A DNA stretch of 64,000 nt from a virus. This document shows positions 1-10,200 of this stretch, one piece after another (position 1 is the stretch's first letter; each line of letters begins with the position of its first letter). Under the pieces are notes generated by a model. That model was given only the letters and a program-made list of their open reading frames with translations. It did no database searches and had not been told where the DNA came from. Location: the IMG/VR virus record IMGVR_UViG_3300042484_002006. One strand, written 5' to 3'. The translations under genes were made by a program, and so were the position numbers.

Positions 1-1
1 G

Positions 2-2440
2 AACGCAAACGTAGGACCCATTTTTACTGCTATAGCAGATGGTTTATCAGGCCTAATGTCAATGTTTAAATTGTCTATGCAGCAAATGGGTTATGCCCTG
101 TCAGAAGCAGGTAACTTTAAAAAACAAGCAAACATTTTAAATAAGGCACTTAACGACTCAATTTACTATTCACTAGGAAGACCTGGAACACTTCTCAGAG
201 CTGTAGACAATCCATTTACTAGGGAATACGGAGAGCCAGTTATAGAGGTGCGTGAGCCGTTCCAGAGAATACATTATATAAGTTCTTTCTCCCACATTCT
301 ATCTAATCAAATCCAAGAAAATATCAATAACATTGCAACAACTATTACAGCAGTATCAGATGGCAAATATCCTGTTACCGTAGCTTTAGACAAAGGTGCC
401 CCAGCTGAACGACAAGTAGAAAGAACTGTCGAAACTGGAATATATTTTGATAATATGACTGGCTCTGGATTCACTGGATTCTTGCACCCGCTAATGCACC
501 CATTAGAAACATTTAGAGGAGTTGCTAAAAATGTCCAAGGAGCTCCTGATGAATTATCTGCAAGAAGAGTAGCATTATCTCACTTAAAAGAATCAATTAA
601 AGATATTTATGGTGGAGAATTAATAGTCATAGGAAATTCGGATATTAGACCACACGACCTAGTTTATCTCTCAGATGTTTACGAAAGAATGTATGGTATA
701 TTTGAAGTCGAACAAGTAGTGCATCACTTTACTGCAGAACTGGGTTACATTACATCGATAACGCCAAATGCCCTAGTGACAGTAAATGATCCGGCAAGAT
801 GGTTCATGACATCATGGATTCATTCCTGGATGAACGTTCAGACAATTCGAAATGATACTAGAATGTATTTAGATAGAATTAGATCTGGAAATTCAGGAGT
901 ATCTGTTGGTGGAAATATATCTATGGATGCCCTTGGAGAGGCATTAGCTCCCCAGTTAATAGGGGGCCTACAATTCACTCATGGCTCAAGTGCCCTAGTG
1001 AAAGATGTTATGGCTAACCAAACTGCGCAGAGCCTCCCAGACGCCAAGGATCAACTAATAGCTCAAGCTTCAGCTACTGGCCAAGGTGCAGGTGTAGGGT
1101 TTAAAATGTTAGCTGGTGGTTTAGCAGCAGGCGCTCTTCTAGGCGCGGTTACTCCGATAGGCTTAGTCGGCGCAGCAATAGGTGGCCCTTTAGTGGGGCA
1201 ACTCGCCTGGAAAGGATGGAGTTGGGTTAGAGACAAAGTTCTCGATCAGCACGGTTGTTATGTTCAATATTTAAATAAAAATGGTCAACCAATGGACGCA
1301 GGACTTTCCTATAATCAGGGTATGGTTGTTGGTAAGTATCACTCCAAAGCTCTTCTTCCGGGAATACTTGGCGTTAGAGCTAAAGTCAGAACGCCAGAAG
1401 GGAATGCGTATATTAGAAGCGATGATCTATTCAAGAGTCTTGGATGGAATGAAAGTCAAATTACAGACCTGGTTAGATATGTAAGTTATGAAAACGCCTT
1501 AACCCACGCTCGTGTTCTAAAAATGGCAGGACTTGGTCCAGAAAAAGCTGGACTTGAACCACAATTTAAAATACTGTGCAAAGTAATTCACTTTATAGAC
1601 GGCGATACAATTGAAGTAGAAGATGTATTATCTGGAGCTATTTTTAAAGTTCGTTTTGATGGAATGAATACATCTGAAATTAATACCACGGAAGGTAAAG
1701 TTGGATATCCAGATACTCCAACAAATCCAGCAACCGCAAATGACACCATTAGTTTATTAGATGTTTCTACTCCCGGCGGTAGAGCTAAACTGTTTACGAC
1801 AAAAGCTTTAACTGATAAAATTTTTGTTCTTAGAGTTAATCCAACTAGAGTTGGAAAAACCGCTATATTAGAACAAGATTATGAAGCTGGGGCATCCCTA
1901 AACATTGATGCAAATTATGTCAAAGATCAATTCCAGAGAACAATTGGAACTATATTCTACTATCTACCAGAAGTAAATATAGAAAAACATAAAATAAATA
2001 TTAGGAATTTATTTAGAAGTAATCAAGGATCATTAGATACTGTGCAACAAAAAGTACAAAATGACATGTACGATCAGTCGCCTTTCAGAGTTAAATTCAA
2101 TGAAATTTATAGTAACATAGCTAATACTGTAGAAGAAAACTATTTTGATAATTTCGATAATCTAGATCCACTATACGGACTACCGGAACAATACGTAAAG
2201 AAATATAATGTTTTAGTTTATATGAAAATATTAGAAGAAATTTACAATGTAGTTTCAGAATGGCCTCAAGTTAGTTGGGATGAATATTATGAAGATGGAC
2301 ATCCATATACGCTAAACTGGGAATTAGTAGTTAATAACTTAGCCAGAGTTTACGTTAAAGATCTTCAGACAGAATCAGATTCCACACTTAAATCGCAAGA
2401 AGCAGCTGCATTACCTATATATGTAGGAGGAAATTTATAA
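2..2440 (+). CDS. 5'-truncated baseplate hub-like virion protein with hydrophobic segment and C-terminal thermonuclease (SNase-like) domain
   Basis: Frame is open from base 2 (NANVGPIFTAIADGLSGLMSMF), so the gene starts before the window. GGELIVIGNSDIRPHDLVYLSD..YGIFEVEQVVHHF..GYITSITP resembles GpD/gp44-type hub C-termini. A Gly/Ala-rich hydrophobic stretch follows. FIDGDTIEV..VRFDGMNTSE..DQFQRTIG matches the SNase catalytic pattern. Confidence 0.7.
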   Translation, partial: NANVGPIFTAIADGLSGLMSMFKLSMQQMGYALSEAGNFKKQANILNKALNDSIYYSLGRPGTLLRAVDNPFTREYGEPVIEVREPFQRIHYISSFSHILSNQIQENINNIATTITAVSDGKYPVTVALDKGAPAERQVERTVETGIYFDNMTGSGFTGFLHPLMHPLETFRGVAKNVQGAPDELSARRVALSHLKESIKDIYGGELIVIGNSDIRPHDLVYLSDVYERMYGIFEVEQVVHHFTAELGYITSITPNALVTVNDPARWFMTSWIHSWMNVQTIRNDTRMYLDRIRSGNSGVSVGGNISMDALGEALAPQLIGGLQFTHGSSALVKDVMANQTAQSLPDAKDQLIAQASATGQGAGVGFKMLAGGLAAGALLGAVTPIGLVGAAIGGPLVGQLAWKGWSWVRDKVLDQHGCYVQYLNKNGQPMDAGLSYNQGMVVGKYHSKALLPGILGVRAKVRTPEGNAYIRSDDLFKSLGWNESQITDLVRYVSYENALTHARVLKMAGLGPEKAGLEPQFKILCKVIHFIDGDTIEVEDVLSGAIFKVRFDGMNTSEINTTEGKVGYPDTPTNPATANDTISLLDVSTPGGRAKLFTTKALTDKIFVLRVNPTRVGKTAILEQDYEAGASLNIDANYVKDQFQRTIGTIFYYLPEVNIEKHKINIRNLFRSNQGSLDTVQQKVQNDMYDQSPFRVKFNEIYSNIANTVEENYFDNFDNLDPLYGLPEQYVKKYNVLVYMKILEEIYNVVSEWPQVSWDEYYEDGHPYTLNWELVVNNLARVYVKDLQTESDSTLKSQEAAALPIYVGGNL

Positions 2441-2441
2441 T

Positions 2442-4634
2442 ATGGTTAATATCAATAATAGCCAAATGGCAAACTCTAAATCAATAACAAATGCTATTTT
2501 TGATAGTTATTATCCAAAAAGTAAAAATTTTCCAAATGGAAAAATTGTTGTTGAAAATACATCTTTTGGCAAAAATGGTGTCTCAGGTAGAACTCTTACT
2601 AGTCGAACCATATCAGAAGCTATATCTGGAGATGTTCTATATAGATCTCCAAAATTTGCAACTACTTTTTATAATAAATCAATTGGAAGTTCTTTAAATT
2701 CTTTGATTACTGCTGGTTCAGAATCAACTTTTGATTCTCCCTCAATTCTTGAAATTCAAGATCCAGAAAATGTTACTTTCACATTGAGCGAGAAAGGCAC
2801 GCCGACAGTAGCCACTTTAAAAGGTGGCGCAGCATTTACCAGAATACTTGCAGAAAGCATAGTAGGTAAACAAGCTGGAAGTTCATTCGTTCAAAACGCA
2901 GGAGAAAGCTTATACGATAATTATATTTCGTCAGGTACTAGATCTGATCAAGATCCTGCGTCGACTGATCCTGATGCATCTATAGGTAATAATCCTGGTG
3001 CTCCTGGAGCTGGAGGAAGAATGGTTGTTCTTAGTAGTCAAATTACTGCAGAAGAAAAAGGATGGATCCTAGAACGAGGAAAAGTACTAGCCGACACAGG
3101 TTTGTTCGAGGGCCGTGGATCTTCACTAAAAAGTGGATGGTCTTTTGACATTCTTAACGGATTAACTGGTATAAAAACTAAGGATGGAGCTAGCGAATTT
3201 CCTGGTATCGATCCAGCTACAAATACTATTGATGTTTCGCAAGAAACGATTGATGCTCCGCCACAGACCGCCTACATCGCTCCAGCTTTAATTGAATTTT
3301 TAATTATGTTGAGTTCCAAAATTTCATATTATGCAGGATTTGGAACATCTAGATTCACAGATGATTCAGTAAAAAACCATATGACTAATAATAACTCATT
3401 ATCCGCACATGGTTTTGGTAGAGCTGTCGATATTTCTAGTGTAACAAGTAAACAGGGAGTATTATATGATGTTTGGAATAATGCTGGGAATCTAGATATC
3501 TATCGGAATTTCATGGAAGTATTCTTGACAGCAATAAATTCAATGCCCATGCACTTAATACCAGACCTTTTAGGATTTGCTGGTCCATTGAAAACTGAAT
3601 ATGGAGTAACTGAAGGAAAAGATGCAGAGGATGCAGCAATTAAACTTAGATTTCCTAATCTAAAATATGTTAGATGGTATCCCGCAGATGATCATTTAAA
3701 TCATCTTCATGTTTCCTTTTCTCCAGCAAGAGCTGGAATATACACTGGACCAGGAGGAGCTTTTACCACTGGTCCAACAGCACCCCCCAGTACCACACCA
3801 CCCCCCAGTACCACACCACCCCCCGGTGCCACACCGCCACCTAATGGTGGAACTTTAAATACTAAATTTGTAAAATTATCTAGAACCCCCGGAACACAGC
3901 TATTGGCTGATGAAATTTATAATTTATTAAATATAATATGTGTCCCAGAATTAGCTGCCATAATGACAGCGATTTCCCAAAGAGAAGGTAACGTATCCAG
4001 TTTAAATGCCAACATTCGTGGCAGTAGTAACACCTGGAATGGAGATTGGTCTTATGGATTTCTTCAAAATAATTTATTTGGAACCCACGGTAGGTTGGAG
4101 GTGCTAGTTCCATATCCAACTCCAATTAAAATTCATGCATGGAAATTAGCAGCACCTGGGTGGCAGTTCTTCAATCTTTCAAGTTGGGAACAATGGAAAG
4201 GATTTATTAAAGATAATTTCACTCAAGTAGGACTTGATTCATTCTCCGCAACAGCTAGATCTTCTTCTGATGATAGGATATGGTATCCAATCAATCAAGT
4301 TTATATGGCTTATAGGTTTATGTGCGGAAGAGATCCAACCTACCCAATGCCGCTAGCAGATAGACTTGGGGCAAATGGTCCAGAGATGCAACATGTTTTA
4401 ACTCCTTGGGGAGATTATGGTGGAGTTCCAGGTGGGCCTTTGTTCGGTACTAAATTTAGAGACGCAGCTTACGTCTATAGAAATTCCGGTAAGACAGAAG
4501 AAGACCTTAAAGATTGGGTGAGAAAATATTTTGGTTTTGCTGGAAATGGGGCAACATCCGGATCTGCACCAAAAGTCGAAGATTGGCTAGCAGGGAGAAA
4601 AATTTCAAGAGATGGAACAATATCAGAATGGTAG
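2442..4634 (+). CDS. virion-associated peptidoglycan hydrolase: M15-like Zn peptidase plus lytic transglycosylase-like domain
   Basis: SAHGFGRAVD...HLNHLHVSF is an M15-type Zn motif. AIMTAISQREG...DWSYGFLQNN is an SLT-like catalytic Glu with GxxQ. The two are joined by a Pro/Thr linker, and the gene lies in the tail-tip module. Confidence 0.7.
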   Translation: MVNINNSQMANSKSITNAIFDSYYPKSKNFPNGKIVVENTSFGKNGVSGRTLTSRTISEAISGDVLYRSPKFATTFYNKSIGSSLNSLITAGSESTFDSPSILEIQDPENVTFTLSEKGTPTVATLKGGAAFTRILAESIVGKQAGSSFVQNAGESLYDNYISSGTRSDQDPASTDPDASIGNNPGAPGAGGRMVVLSSQITAEEKGWILERGKVLADTGLFEGRGSSLKSGWSFDILNGLTGIKTKDGASEFPGIDPATNTIDVSQETIDAPPQTAYIAPALIEFLIMLSSKISYYAGFGTSRFTDDSVKNHMTNNNSLSAHGFGRAVDISSVTSKQGVLYDVWNNAGNLDIYRNFMEVFLTAINSMPMHLIPDLLGFAGPLKTEYGVTEGKDAEDAAIKLRFPNLKYVRWYPADDHLNHLHVSFSPARAGIYTGPGGAFTTGPTAPPSTTPPPSTTPPPGATPPPNGGTLNTKFVKLSRTPGTQLLADEIYNLLNIICVPELAAIMTAISQREGNVSSLNANIRGSSNTWNGDWSYGFLQNNLFGTHGRLEVLVPYPTPIKIHAWKLAAPGWQFFNLSSWEQWKGFIKDNFTQVGLDSFSATARSSSDDRIWYPINQVYMAYRFMCGRDPTYPMPLADRLGANGPEMQHVLTPWGDYGGVPGGPLFGTKFRDAAYVYRNSGKTEEDLKDWVRKYFGFAGNGATSGSAPKVEDWLAGRKISRDGTISEW
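3781..3834 (+). repeat. 18-bp tandem repeat x3 (caccccccagtaccacac) encoding a PPSTTP linker
   Basis: Two exact copies (3781-3816) and one degenerate copy (caccccccggtgccacac). Confidence 0.9.
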
Positions 4635-4646
4635 GAGGAACAAAAA

Positions 4647-5015
4647 ATGCCAGTTAATTATCCAAAATTTGATAAAAAAATACAGGATCAAATAGACAAT
4701 GTATCTATGCAAAAGTCCAGGACAAGGCCTGGAATTGTAGTTAGCTATAATAGAGCTAGTGGTACAGCTGATGTTATTTTAGATGAACAATATTCCGAAA
4801 GTATGGGAAACATTTTGAAAGATGTACCGTGCCCATTAGTCAAAGGTGTTCAATCAGTTTCGCCAACTTTAGGTACAAGATGTTTAATAGGGTTTAGAGA
4901 TACAAATGAATCAAATCCATATATACTTAATTATTTTGACGATGTTAGAACTAATAAATTTTATATAAGAAACTCTACAGTAAATACTGGAATACCTAGA
5001 TTTATGGTGCACTAA
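4647..5015 (+). CDS. baseplate spike-like OB-fold protein (gpV/gp5 N-terminal-like)
   Basis: PGIVVSYNRASGTADV..ILKDVPCP..SPTLGTRCLIGF pattern. Lies just upstream of the gp25-like and J genes. AGGAGG RBS. Confidence 0.55.
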   Translation: MPVNYPKFDKKIQDQIDNVSMQKSRTRPGIVVSYNRASGTADVILDEQYSESMGNILKDVPCPLVKGVQSVSPTLGTRCLIGFRDTNESNPYILNYFDDVRTNKFYIRNSTVNTGIPRFMVH

Positions 5016-5668
5016 TGGATATTTTAGACACTGGAGCTATAAATAGACGGAAAAAACAAGAAAACAGTTTTCCAGTTGAATCAGAAGTCCAAAAAAGAAG
5101 AGAATTTTCCGATAGAGAAGTTGGATTAACTCACCCTGATTTATCTAGTTTTATTCGATTAAATGACCAAGGTGATATAGAGATATTTGCCTCCCCGGGA
5201 GTAGGAATAGTCATAAGTGGTAGGTCTAAGAGTATATCTTTATTTGGCGAACAAATCAGGATGCACTGCAATGAGGATGGACTTAGATGGAATAATTATA
5301 ATTTTAACTATTCTTCATCCGATTATTCAGAACCTACCCTAGTTAAACTGAATTATAAAAATATTCATTCAGCCCAGAATGGTATTTCGTATTATTTAGA
5401 TCGGATGAACGATTTAGAAGATCAGGAAAATCAAAAGACCATTACTATATCTGGTGACTATGGTTTTAACGAAGAGCAAATAATACCTCAACAGACATAT
5501 ACTTCGGAAGATAATTTATCTGATTTAACTTTCGAACAAATAGGGCTATTAGAAGCATACTCTTCGAATTATTCAAAAGAGCACATTGATCTAATGGTAA
5601 AATACATTAGAGAAGGTCTTACTTTTGACCAAGCTCACCTAAGGGCATTAAGGGAAATGAATGAGTGA
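5015..5668 (+). CDS. baseplate protein, possibly the spike beta-strand portion
   Basis: GLTHPDLSSFIRLNDQGDIEIFASPGVGIVISG resembles spike beta-repeats. Translationally coupled to both neighbours. Confidence 0.4.
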   Translation: MDILDTGAINRRKKQENSFPVESEVQKRREFSDREVGLTHPDLSSFIRLNDQGDIEIFASPGVGIVISGRSKSISLFGEQIRMHCNEDGLRWNNYNFNYSSSDYSEPTLVKLNYKNIHSAQNGISYYLDRMNDLEDQENQKTITISGDYGFNEEQIIPQQTYTSEDNLSDLTFEQIGLLEAYSSNYSKEHIDLMVKYIREGLTFDQAHLRALREMNE

Positions 5669-6041
5669 TTTACATTTTACATTAAGTGGAGACATCCTAA
5701 TTGGGGGTAATAAGGATATTGTTCTTACAAACTCCTCCATGCAAAGCGATGTCCAACAGGCTTACATTAGATTGATGACAGAGCCTGGAGATTTTTATGT
5801 ATATCCACTGTTAGGAATTGATTTATCTTTACTATATGGAATGCCCCAGTCTTTAGAAACCGGAGAATTTGGCAAAAAGCTAATTCAAACTGGACTGCAA
5901 AGAGAAGGCATTTTTAAGGGCAGGAATATTAAAATAGATGCAGTTCCCACTGGTAGGGATACTATTCGTTTTGATGTTCATATTATTTCAGATATTGATC
6001 AACCAGTAGTTCTATCTGTTAGTCAGACTTTAGGAGCATAA
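5661..6041 (+). CDS. gp25/GpW-like baseplate wedge protein
   Basis: 126 aa; DLHFTLSGDILIG..VQQAYIRLMTEPGDFYVYPLLG; directly before baseplate J. Confidence 0.7.
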   Translation: MSDLHFTLSGDILIGGNKDIVLTNSSMQSDVQQAYIRLMTEPGDFYVYPLLGIDLSLLYGMPQSLETGEFGKKLIQTGLQREGIFKGRNIKIDAVPTGRDTIRFDVHIISDIDQPVVLSVSQTLGA

Positions 6042-7211
6042 ATGGCTATTTACGGTGTTAAAAATAAATCAGAAATCCTAGTCTCCATACTTAATGGGCT
6101 TGAAAAAAACGCTGGTATTACAGCAATTTATCCAGGTTCTATTGCCAGAGCCTTCGCAGAATCAGTTAGCGCAGAGATATCTGATCTTTATGAGGCATTT
6201 AGATTTACTGTTTCGCAAAGTAACTTAAGTACAGCGTCTGGTAGGAATTTAGACTTAATTGGAGATCTATATGGTGTCTCAAGAAAGTCCGTTACAAATT
6301 TTGTCGCAGAAGAAAGACAATCTTTTAACGTAGAATTTTTCATAGATAAACCCCACAGCGCAGGTATAACAATACCAGCTGGTACATTATTATACAATGA
6401 CGTGTCTAATTTTACGACTAAGCAATATAGCTACAAGTTATCTTCGACTGTTTCTATACCGGCAGGCGCTATAAGATCTTATGGTAGGGCTGAACCAAAT
6501 TTCTCAGACAACTCCTATGTTGCCCCTAAGAATTCTCTTACTAAACATAATTTTATTGCGCCACCAACAGTATTGGTTTTCTCTAATAACCCTAAGGAAA
6601 TCTACTCCAATATTACATCAGAGTCTGATGATAATTATCGTAGAAGAATACTAGCTTCAATGAAGACTAAGGCTCCAGGTACGGTAGAATCAGTAAGATT
6701 CGCCGCCCTTTCAGTCAAGGGTGTCAAAGACGTAAGAATACGTGAAGCCTCTTATGGAATAGGATCATGTGACATCATTGTTGTTCCTGAGGTTTCATCT
6801 GCAATTAAAGCTCTACCACAGGCAATCTTAAGTGCAATCAGTGCTGTTAAGCCTGTTGGTGTTAGATTTAATGTTAGAGTAGCAGAAAAAATTAGCATTA
6901 ATGTTTCAGCTACAATAACGATTCCTTCAGGTAACTCAGATACAGTAATCAATGGAGTTCGGAATCAAGCAGCAATGTTTGTTAAGCGATATTTAAATTC
7001 AATGACTATTGGAAATACTGTTTCATTATCCGAAATAGAACAACAGATAAAGCTTTCTTCCGATCTCGTAAGAGGAGTCACTATTAATACATTTACAGCT
7101 GATGGAAAAGAACTCCCATTAAAAGATTTTATGCCAAATAGTATAAAAGAGTACATTACGGCTGGAAATGTTAATATATATTCTGTTATAATAGGATCTT
7201 CTAATTATTAA
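6042..7211 (+). CDS. baseplate J-like wedge protein
   Basis: ASGRNLDLIGDLYGVSRK, TIPAGT, ESDDNYRRRI, GTVESVRFAALSVKGV, KPVGVRFNV. Confidence 0.85.
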   Translation: MAIYGVKNKSEILVSILNGLEKNAGITAIYPGSIARAFAESVSAEISDLYEAFRFTVSQSNLSTASGRNLDLIGDLYGVSRKSVTNFVAEERQSFNVEFFIDKPHSAGITIPAGTLLYNDVSNFTTKQYSYKLSSTVSIPAGAIRSYGRAEPNFSDNSYVAPKNSLTKHNFIAPPTVLVFSNNPKEIYSNITSESDDNYRRRILASMKTKAPGTVESVRFAALSVKGVKDVRIREASYGIGSCDIIVVPEVSSAIKALPQAILSAISAVKPVGVRFNVRVAEKISINVSATITIPSGNSDTVINGVRNQAAMFVKRYLNSMTIGNTVSLSEIEQQIKLSSDLVRGVTINTFTADGKELPLKDFMPNSIKEYITAGNVNIYSVIIGSSNY

Positions 7212-7223
7212 AAAGGTTGTTGC

Positions 7224-10200
7224 ATGAAGCAATATTTGCTACTTTTGAAAAGTTCTGATTTTAATAAATCTAGTAATATCTGGACAACTGACGCTATAAA
7301 TCTATATAGCAATGACCAATATAAAAACTATTCATCTATAAGATCGCCATCTGGTCTAAATTTGATAGGGGATAGAACATTTGTTGGAACAGAATTGACT
7401 TCACCATCCACGCTGCATGACTATACTCCACTCAATGCCAATGCTATATATGCAACAGATATTGGAGAAGTAATATATGAAGAAGCCACACCTAATGTTC
7501 AAAGGTTTATAGATACTTCTTCCAGAATAGATATTCTAAGTTATAGACATATTTTTACAAATATACCAGGAACTATATCGCCAACTTTTAATATTCAGAT
7601 GTATGAGTCAGATAATGAGAATGGGCCATGGCTAAAATCTTCCCTTAGAGGAGACACTAATGCTATTTTTATCAGAAATGCAAAGCCCTACATAAAAGTA
7701 GAACTTGAACTATACGCTGACGAGATAGATATCAACCAACTTGGTTTAGTATTTTATCTAGAAATAGGAATTTATAATCCAATTTCCCCAGTAATATCTA
7801 ATTCTGTAAGAAATATTCTTAAAAGATTCCCTTCTTGGACAGCATTATTCGAGGATTCAATAGCGGATGCTACGCCAAGTCTGGCAACTCCTGAGTCAAC
7901 CGGTGGTTCATTTTTAAATGCCCTAGTCGGAGAAAATTTAGATTATATATCTGGCCAGATTGATTTATATGGGATTAATGCATATATCAATAGTGCAGAT
8001 ATAAATGAACTAGCATGGTGCTACGTGTCCTATAATGTGCCTGCAAATATCAATACAATAGTTGGCGACGATATACCGTTAAGCAGAGTTTCTTCTTTAT
8101 TAGATTTCTTTAGTTCTCGATCCACAGATTATGTGTTTTATTATAATCCGGTAGATCGTCAATTAATTACAATGAGAAATTTTTCAATATTAAAAATTAA
8201 TGATATCACCTATAGCCAGGATCCGTTAAACATATATAATGATTTTGATGAATTCGGCGCCCGCGTCAGCTTGCCAAGACTTAATTTAGAGTCGAACTCT
8301 AATTATAAAAAGAGAATTTTAGATGTTACTAAAAATATTCCTGGCGTCTCTATGGACGCATATAAGAAAACTCTTAGAAGAGAATTGGACCTATGGAGAG
8401 CATATGGCGCTACACCCGATTCCGATTATTTAGGCGCAACTCCAGAGATTTTAGAAATATCTGATATTGAATCTTCAGCAGATTATTTCTCCGAAGATGG
8501 TAAGCCACTCTCATCTTTTAAGCAGTTAGTGGAAGAATTAAATATTAAATATCCAAGTAATTTAGGATATGTTAATTGGGGCGATGGAGTATGGGATTAT
8601 GCTGGAACACTTGGTGAAGGTATAAGCAGAATTGCAGCTATTTATGATACAGATACAGATCTTCCAGCTGCGTACTATCAACCTGGTGTTGGTGACTTCG
8701 ATGACGCTAAGCTAATGATAGATCCAGTTGAATCAGCGACGGTATCATTTTCCGGACATATTGAAATTGGCGGAACAAAAAGAAGCAGCACGCCCTCGTA
8801 TGTATACTCTCCAGTAGACATCCATTACTCCTGGTACTTAAATTACACTAGAACAGTTTCAGATTACGAAGCAGGTCGGGCCAATGATAGGGGCGTAGCA
8901 TTGGCGTATGAAATTGTGATTCCGCCTCACGATAATTATGCAGCAACAAATACTTTCTATACCAATCTATCTTATCTAGATAGAGATGATATGTATGTTG
9001 GAAATAGATTCTTATCTACTCACTCTGCAAGTCCAGAATTTAGTCTGATAAAAATATTTGATCAAGATGGACTAACTTTAACTGATCTTGAGTTTAGAAA
9101 TAAAGTAACAAATGACGTGTATTATAATACAGAGGCTACCCCAGCATCAAATTCAATTAGCGTCTATGACGCAGCTAGCGTTAAGACCACATATAGTGTC
9201 AGGTGGAATCAGGGAACACAATCGTACGATACAGTGCCAGTCGCAGGCTATAGAGCTTCTTTTAATACATCACCTATAGCATATGCATCCAACCCAAGCC
9301 CCAGCACCTCTACCACAATAACATCACCAAATATAGACTACGTAAATGCGAATCTACGCATTGGATCTACTGTTTATGCAACTAAGCAAGAAGTAAAAAA
9401 TTCTGATGTATTAACTTCTAATATTGTATTAAACTCTATAAATGATATATCTGCCGCCGGTAAAGAAGATAAAATTATATCTTTTAAAGATGACCTATTG
9501 GATAGTGTAATATATCCACCTGGCGCAACGCTAAACTACCTATATATAAATGCAGCTACGCCAGCAATACAAGACCTCTATCGTTCTGGATCGTATTCTT
9601 CCCATGGCGGATATGCAATAGATCCATATACTCAAGATTCATATTTAGTGCCATCATCTCCAAATATTAAGTATGGTTTTTATGCATCAAATAATACTTT
9701 AATAGGATCTAAAGACTATTTAACATCTGCAACAGTAAACTTCTCTTCTACTACTCCTAATTACATTCTTATTGACGCTGGAACTCCTTCATCTTACTAT
9801 CCTTTCGATAAGATTACTAATGAAATATTCACCGCTACCACAACACCCAGTATATTTAGTGGTTATATTGATGAAAATAATAATACTTATAATAAGATAA
9901 ATGAATCAAAAAATTACTTCTATAATCAAGATAAATTCTTGCAGACTATTGATTTAAATAGAACTTCTTTTAATCTAGATTTAGAAGATATATATGATAT
10001 CAATTATGTCAAACTTGCAGCGACACCGAATAGCATAGAAGCTTATGTAGATAATCCTGAGGTACTATTAAATAGTTTAAACTCCTCAATATCTTCAAGT
10101 GAAAAAATATACGTAAATGTCAATGCCAAGAGAACTAATCTAAATGAGAGTTCATATCTTACTGGATTAAATACCGGCTGGTTATATCTTGATCAGGATC

